This document shows, piece after piece, positions 39,951-45,232 of a stretch of DNA of 45,232 nt (position 1 is the first letter of the stretch; each line of letters begins with the position of its first letter). Below the pieces are notes generated by a model that was not told where the DNA came from, did no database searches, and saw only the letters and a program-made list of their open reading frames with translations. The DNA is from a virus (taxonomy: Duplodnaviria > Caudoviricetes). The position numbers were made by a program, and so were the translations under genes. The stretch covers positions 1 to 45,232 of the IMG/VR virus record IMGVR_UViG_3300049183_000031; one strand, written 5' to 3'.

Positions 39951-40607
39951 GTGAGGCCCCGACTGCTGGACCTCTTCTGCTGCGCCGGCGGTGCGGCCAT
40001 GGGCTACAGCCGCGCAGGTTTCGAAGTGGTGGGTGTGGACCTCCGGCCCCAGCCCCGGTATCCGTTCGAGTTCCATCAGGGCGACGCGCTGGCGTTCCTC
40101 GCCGAGCACGGGCGCGAGTTCGACGCCGTCCACGCCAGCCCGCCGTGTCACGACCACTCGGCGCTGTCGTCACGCTCCGGCAAAGACGGCACGGGGTGGC
40201 TGCTCGACGCCACCCGCCAGGCCCTCGCGCCTCACCCGGTGACGGTCATCGAGAACACGCCGGGCGCCGAGATGCGGGCGGATCTCACTCTGTGCGGCGG
40301 CATGTTCGGGCTCCGCACCTATCGCCACCGGTGGTTCGAGATCACCGGCCCACTGATGCTGACCACCCCGCCCCACCCCCGTCACCGCATCAGGACTAGC
40401 ACCAAGAAGAGGCGGGCCTGCTGGGACGCCGGCATGCACGTGTCCGTCACCGGCGACGTCGGCACCTACGTGGGCCGGTTGGCCATGGGCATCGACTGGA
40501 TGACCGGCGACGAACTGTCACAGGCCATCCCCCCCGTTTACACCGAGTACATCGGCGCACAACCGATCGCATACCTACAGGAGACAGATGACAATCACCA
40601 AGGCTGA
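39951..40607 (+). CDS. short C5-cytosine DNA methyltransferase-like protein
   Basis: LLDLFCCAGG, HASPPC, VIEN, RHRWFE, QAIPP.YTEYIG. Confidence 0.85.
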   Translation: MRPRLLDLFCCAGGAAMGYSRAGFEVVGVDLRPQPRYPFEFHQGDALAFLAEHGREFDAVHASPPCHDHSALSSRSGKDGTGWLLDATRQALAPHPVTVIENTPGAEMRADLTLCGGMFGLRTYRHRWFEITGPLMLTTPPHPRHRIRTSTKKRRACWDAGMHVSVTGDVGTYVGRLAMGIDWMTGDELSQAIPPVYTEYIGAQPIAYLQETDDNHQG

Positions 40608-41124
40608 GCGAGCCGAGCTCCGCTCCCTGATCAGGCAGCGGTTCAGGGTGCTGCGAGCCGACGTTGAGCAGCGGAAGGCCGAGCTCGCCGCCGAGTTGGA
40701 GGAGCGCATCGCCGCCCGGTTCGCCGAGGACGACAAGGCGTGGGCCGACGCGATGTACCTCATCGAAGAGGCCGCGCGGGAGGCGAACCGCAAGGCCAAC
40801 GACGTCCTTCGTGGCTTAACTGTCACCGGACTCGATCTGGACGGTCGGGACTACGAGATCGTTCAGGCTCGCAAGATCCCTCAGCCCACGAAGGAACGCG
40901 CCGAACTGCGTCGACAAGGCGCCACGCGCATTGAGGCGAAGATCAAGGGGGCGCTCCTCCAGCTCGATCGGCAGGAAGCCGACCTACTGACCCGTCTCGT
41001 GCAGGGCGCTCTGGAGTCCGAGGAGGCCCGTGCGTTTCTCGGCGAGATCCCCACGGTCACGTCCCTGGTCCCCGCGGACCGCTTGCTTGAACTGGAGCGG
41101 TCTCTTCGTGAGGACACCCCGTGA
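40588..41124 (+). CDS. coiled-coil hypothetical protein bracketed by 19-bp repeats
   Basis: MTITKAERAELRSLIRQR...; AGGAG RBS. Confidence 0.8.
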   Translation: MTITKAERAELRSLIRQRFRVLRADVEQRKAELAAELEERIAARFAEDDKAWADAMYLIEEAAREANRKANDVLRGLTVTGLDLDGRDYEIVQARKIPQPTKERAELRRQGATRIEAKIKGALLQLDRQEADLLTRLVQGALESEEARAFLGEIPTVTSLVPADRLLELERSLREDTP

Positions 41125-41149
41125 TCGCACACCTACAGGAGGAAGCGGC

Positions 41150-41368
41150 ATGACCGGACCGGAGCACTACCAGGAAGCCGAAAGGCTGCTGGCTGGCGCA
41201 CAGAACGTCATGGAGATCGCGCCGATCGACGGCCTGACCCGTAGCGAATGCGCCGAGCTTGCCCAAGTGCACGCAACGCTGGCGCTCGCCGCAATGGTCG
41301 AGAAGGTCGCCTACCCGCCGAAGTCGATCAGTTTGGCGTACGGCGGCGCGTACGTCACCGACTGCTGA
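41150..41368 (+). CDS. conserved actinophage small protein
   Basis: MTGPEHYQEAERLL...AQVHATLALAA. Confidence 0.75.
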   Translation: MTGPEHYQEAERLLAGAQNVMEIAPIDGLTRSECAELAQVHATLALAAMVEKVAYPPKSISLAYGGAYVTDC

Positions 41369-41380
41369 GGAGGCAGGGAC

Positions 41381-41641
41381 ATGGCGACCGAGCTGGCCAT
41401 CCCGCAGTTGGCGTACGACAAAGCGGACGAGATCGCGGCACGCTACCCGTCCGACCGGGAGGCCGCGGCGCACATCGCAGCCGAGGTGATAGCGGAGGTC
41501 TTCCCGCTGATCCTGGCCGCCGAGCTGCAGCGGATGCTGGACACCGCCTTCCCCGATGAGGACTCGGACTACCACTACGGCTGCGAGCACCTGCTGGACT
41601 TGGTCCGGGACCGCGCCTCCGAGCTTCGCGGGGAGGGCTGA
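41381..41641 (+). CDS. paralog of 14147-14440
   Basis: Near-identical 5' half. Confidence 0.8.
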   Translation: MATELAIPQLAYDKADEIAARYPSDREAAAHIAAEVIAEVFPLILAAELQRMLDTAFPDEDSDYHYGCEHLLDLVRDRASELRGEG

Positions 41642-42485
41642 ACCATGGTCGAACTGGCGAAGGTCATCGCTGCGTACGCGATCTCTGCGGGTGGCTGGGC
41701 CGAAGGCGAACTGGACGTCGAGGGCCTGACGCCTGACGAGATGGCCGAACTGGTCGAGCAGACCTTGGACCCCGAGGTGTCGGTGTGCCACCAATGCGCG
41801 CACCGCATCAGCGACCCGGAACCCACCGCCATGGTCGGCTTCACGGTGGACGGTGTCGACTACGAGCAGCGCGACGGCCATTGGGTGGTGTCAGATGTCC
41901 GCTCCTGAACCCACCCCCACCGAACTCGCCGAGTGCGACGGCGGCTATGGCTGTGACGTGCCGCTGCACGACGAGGGTTGCCTGTCCGGCGACGTCGATC
42001 CGACCCCAGCCCCCGGCTGCTCCCGTCCGTCCACATGGGGCTCCTGCATCCACTCCCTGGCAAGCGGCTGGATCACCGCTTCGGACCTGTGTCCCGGGTG
42101 CACCCACCGGTTCATGGCTGCTTTGGACCGTGAGGTTGAGGGTCTGGTGTGGCACCCCAGCTTCCTGAAGCGAGCGGAGGTCGATCATGGCTGAGGAGCC
42201 CACTCCACTGGCCCAGAGGCTGCGAGACATGGCCGGGAAGCTGGCCTTCGACGAGGTCCGCAAGTGGCACGTCCCGGAAGCGAACCGCTACGGCGGCGTG
42301 GTGCACCCGATGGGACCGACCGAGAAGGACGTCGGGCGGGCGATCGTCCCAGCGCTGCTCCGGGAGATCGCCAAGGGCGCATCGGCGGACATGCAGCGGC
42401 AACTGCGCGAACTGGCCTGGGAGATCGAGGCGCTACCCAACGTGCCCGTCGCCGACTCCATCGACCACCGCCAGGAAGGGACACC

Positions 42486-42809
42486 ATGACCACCGCCAAA
42501 GACCACATCGCCAACACCCTCAAACGCGCCCAACACTGCTGGGATGAGGTGCTCGACCCGAAAGCGCCCGACAACAGCGCCGTCAACCTGCTGATCTACC
42601 ACGTGACCACCGCGGTCCTGCTCGAACACGTCCGGCGGCTCGACCCCGACCTGGCCGACCAGCTCGTGCCCTGGCTCATGGGCAAGGACGGCGGGATCTT
42701 CGCCGACGGCTACGCCGGCGAGTTGCTCTACCAGTGGCGCCAGCAGGTGGCCGCCGGTGAGCCAATGGGACCGATCGGGCCGCCTCCCGCGGACGGAGAG
42801 AAGGACTGA
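42486..42809 (+). CDS. paralog of 18532-18861
   Basis: Full-length protein similarity. Confidence 0.75.
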   Translation: MTTAKDHIANTLKRAQHCWDEVLDPKAPDNSAVNLLIYHVTTAVLLEHVRRLDPDLADQLVPWLMGKDGGIFADGYAGELLYQWRQQVAAGEPMGPIGPPPADGEKD

Positions 42810-43099
42810 TGAGCATGCGGATCACCTCCGAGCGGATGACCAGCGATCAGACCGAGCACTGGGCTGAGCCGGCAACGGACGACCAGTACGGCCCGTGGCG
42901 GGTGTCGTGGCTGGGTGGGCTCGAGTTCACCCGCAACCAGGCAATCACCGCGATGACCCTCGCCGAGGCAATCGAGCAGATGCAGCGCGACGGAGAGCTG
43001 TCCGTCGGACACCCTCTCTGGCCGCACGTCCAGTCCTGGGCTGGCGAGCTGGGCATGTCGGCCATGGCTGCCGTTGAACTGACGTGGAAGTGGGAGTGA
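42809..43099 (+). CDS. hypothetical protein
   Basis: W.VSWL....TRNQAITAMTLAE motif. Confidence 0.7.
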   Translation: MSMRITSERMTSDQTEHWAEPATDDQYGPWRVSWLGGLEFTRNQAITAMTLAEAIEQMQRDGELSVGHPLWPHVQSWAGELGMSAMAAVELTWKWE

Positions 43100-43189
43100 G
43101 CCGTGGGTGCCGCGGGCAACGGCCCACGGCACCGATACACCCGCGGGCCGTTGAGCGATGAGCAGGAAAACCCGACTAGGAGAGAGTCC

Positions 43190-43417
43190 ATGGCCAAGCT
43201 GATCACCGCCGTTCTCATCATCACCTTCGGAGCTATCCCATCGGCGGCCGCGGCGGAGCCGCCCGCCGGGCGAGCACCAACCTGGCGGATCTACGAGGAC
43301 GGGTCCGGCGTGCTGCCCGACGGCACGGCCTTCTGCCTCGCTGATAAGGCATGCGACGGTCCCGAAGAGGACAACGCGAAGTGGGTGTGGGACGGCGAGC
43401 AATGGGGCGCTCGCTAG
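43190..43417 (+). CDS. small secreted protein
   Basis: Signal-peptide-like MAKLITAVLIITFGAIPSAAAA; YEDGS motif; two Cys; AGGAG RBS. Confidence 0.7.
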   Translation: MAKLITAVLIITFGAIPSAAAAEPPAGRAPTWRIYEDGSGVLPDGTAFCLADKACDGPEEDNAKWVWDGEQWGAR

Positions 43418-43427
43418 AACATGAAGC

Positions 43428-43463
43428 GGACCCGGTGCCCAACCGTAGTTCGGCACCGGGTCC
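43428..43463. terminator. hairpin terminator between convergent units
   Basis: GGACCCGGTGCC...GGCACCGGGTCC 12-bp stem. Confidence 0.7.
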
Positions 43464-43647
43464 TTCGACGTGCGGGGCGACAGGGTCCGCTTCCGGTCTG
43501 CGGCACCGGCCAGGACTACGCGAGCTACGGGGCTCCGGCCTGATCTACCCATCCCTGTGTGTCGCCCCTAATTGGGAGCTTGGCGCGCTTTCAACGCGCC
43601 CTCATGTTACCAACGCCGGGCCCCTGGGTCACAAGCCCGGAGCCCGG

Positions 43648-43815
43648 TCAGCAGCGCGGTAGGTTGCCCGCCTTCACCGCTGCCAGCAGGCCGGACAGCT
43701 CGACCCTCAGGGCCGGGCCATCCGAGTTCTTGCTGTCACGAAGCGCGCCGCACCACGCCAGTTCGATACAGTCGGACGTCCCAGTACTGAAACTGCTCTT
43801 CTTCCAGGTCAACAC
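43648..43815 (-). CDS. DUF397 protein (55 aa, absent from the ORF track)
   Basis: LTWKKSSFSTGTSDCIELAWCGALRDSKNSDGPAL. Confidence 0.92.
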   Translation of the reverse strand: MLTWKKSSFSTGTSDCIELAWCGALRDSKNSDGPALRVELSGLLAAVKAGNLPRC

Positions 43816-44660
43816 GGGTTCCCTTCGGTCGCCAATCTCTTGAGAGCGTCTGCGATGGCCCCGCGAGACTGCGCCGAGTCCATCGCAGACCGTAGGACCA
43901 TATCGGCTGCTGCCCGGTAGCGAGCAGTGTCTTCCGACTCATGCAAGAAGAGGCCACTGTCGTGTATCTCCAGGTGCACCACGGGATCGCCCACGTGGCG
44001 CTCGACCACGATGAACGGTCCGATCAGGCCCGGATGCCAGCCTGCCGCCAACGGGACGATCCGGATGTCCACCGACTCCCACTCGGCCACTTCAGCGAGC
44101 CTGGCCAGTTGGTCGCGCATGACCTCGCGCCCGCCGACCTGGACGTGCAGCGCCGCCTCCCCGATTAGCGCCAGCAGCCGCGGCCGACCGCTGCGAACCA
44201 GGATGTCGCGCCGACCGATCCGTACCGCGACGCGCAGCTTCATCTCACCCGAGTGAATGCCAGCAGCTTCCATGATTGCGCTCGTGTAGGCGGTGGTCTG
44301 CAGCAGCCCCGGGATCAACAGCGGCGCGACGTGCACGATTCGGTCGGCCTCGGCCTCGAACTGCAGCAGCGCGGCGACTTGCCGCTGGGTGCCGCCGAGC
44401 CATTGCGGCCTGTCCCCCGCGCGAGCCAGTTCGATCAGTTCGTCACGTCGCTCATCGATCACGCCCAAGCCGACGAGCACGCCGGCAACGTCCTCCGGCT
44501 TTGGCATGCGCGCGCCAGTCTCCCACCGGCTGACGGTCGTGTGGTGGACGCCGATCCGCGTCGCCAAGTCTCGAACGCTCAACCCGGCGGCCTCGCGGGC
44601 GACGCGCAACTCCATGCCGATCGCCGAGGCGCGCGGCGTCGGGAACCCGTTGCCACCCAT
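43809..44660 (-). CDS. XRE HTH plus DUF5753 regulator (Scr1/WhiJ-like)
   Basis: GMELRVAREAAGLS...SRWETG; IPGLLQTTAY; LIGEAAL...VGG.EVM..QL; TATGCT 7 nt before ATG. Confidence 0.92.
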   Translation of the reverse strand: MGGNGFPTPRASAIGMELRVAREAAGLSVRDLATRIGVHHTTVSRWETGARMPKPEDVAGVLVGLGVIDERRDELIELARAGDRPQWLGGTQRQVAALLQFEAEADRIVHVAPLLIPGLLQTTAYTSAIMEAAGIHSGEMKLRVAVRIGRRDILVRSGRPRLLALIGEAALHVQVGGREVMRDQLARLAEVAEWESVDIRIVPLAAGWHPGLIGPFIVVERHVGDPVVHLEIHDSGLFLHESEDTARYRAAADMVLRSAMDSAQSRGAIADALKRLATEGNPC

Positions 44661-44812
44661 GCACCGCAGCATACAAGCCCCGACGGGGGTGAGAGCACTC
44701 CACCAAACGGGGTATTGCCTTCTGCGGTGCCGCATGGTGCCATTGAGTGGCAGCAACCCGGCACCACGTTCGCAGCGTCTGCACATGCAGAGACCCGCGG
44801 GGAGGCCCCACT

Positions 44813-45019
44813 ATGACGCACCCGCCAGCGATGAGGTGGACCGTACCGGTTCAGGTCGGCAGAGAGATCGCGGACCTTGAGGTCTATGTCTCCCATGGCG
44901 AGGTCGTCATGACCGGCCCACCGCGGGTCGCGTGCATCGTGCCCCCCGACTCCGACGCTCAGTTGTGCGAGGCGCTCCGGGCCGCTCGGGCGGTTGCCGA
45001 GGAGATGGAGCGGACATGA
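44813..45019 (+). CDS. small protein divergent from the XRE gene
   Basis: GGGAGG RBS; typical position in XRE/DUF397 loci. Confidence 0.6.
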   Translation: MTHPPAMRWTVPVQVGREIADLEVYVSHGEVVMTGPPRVACIVPPDSDAQLCEALRAARAVAEEMERT

Positions 45020-45232
45020 TCGAGGTTCTCTATGGAACCGCGGCCTACCTCGGCGGATGCCTGGCGGTGTTCGCGTGGCAGGAACGTCTCGTCCCCGCCG
45101 TGTGTCGGTGGTGGGAATCCAGACCAGGGCTGTTGAGGCACGGCGCACCCCGAAGCCTCCAGCCCTCTGCGGCGGGCAGTGCGACCGGGCTGCCCGCCGC
45201 ACCCAGCAGCCGGGGAGGCGTCGCCCCCGAGG

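Larger units (their letters stand above)
1..45232. mobile_element. Temperate actinophage genome segment (early, immunity and integration regions); no virion structural genes in window
   Basis: Dense small coupled ORFs (ATGA/GTGA overlaps), integrase, cro/repressor switch, replication genes, HNH, tRNA. Confidence 0.93.

Noticed and set aside
1-45232. CRISPR array, reverse transcriptase/DGR/retron, transposase
   Set aside because: No regularly spaced repeat-spacer array, RT motif or DDE transposase was seen. The paralogue differences are not adenine-specific.
43559-45232. Host chromosome beyond a prophage boundary
   Set aside because: The att site has arm repeats and phage genes on both sides, and no second core copy was seen. 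The XRE/DUF397 pair is treated as phage cargo, although the sequence beyond the window is unknown.

Overview
This window is the non-structural part of a temperate phage of a high-GC actinomycete, probably Pseudonocardiaceae. It reads as the free (non-integrated) form because a complete attP-like site with phage genes on both sides lies at ~39690-39935. Layout: (1) a probable packaging end with an HNH gene at the start; (2) a long minus-strand early arm (~2.4-37.4 kb) of small translationally coupled genes, including replication initiator and DnaC-like loader, AAA recombination ATPase, RusA, HNH/GIY-YIG nucleases, a DNA methyltransferase, DUF5131 and SLOG genes, WhiB, a SARP regulator and an initiator-type tRNA; (3) a cro/repressor switch with operators; (4) a tyrosine integrase and attP; (5) a plus-strand accessory block and an XRE/DUF397 pair. 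Main observations: at least eight genes or blocks are bracketed by their own 15-45 bp direct repeats, mostly at RBS/stop-start junctions, suggesting a cassette gain/loss mechanism. The attP core encodes MAVHITRV, resembling the start of the host PduO-type cobalamin adenosyltransferase gene. The phage carries several host-type antibiotic/development regulators and a tRNA-fMet with C33. Family names come from motif recognition only; no searches were run. Not every small ORF is listed.
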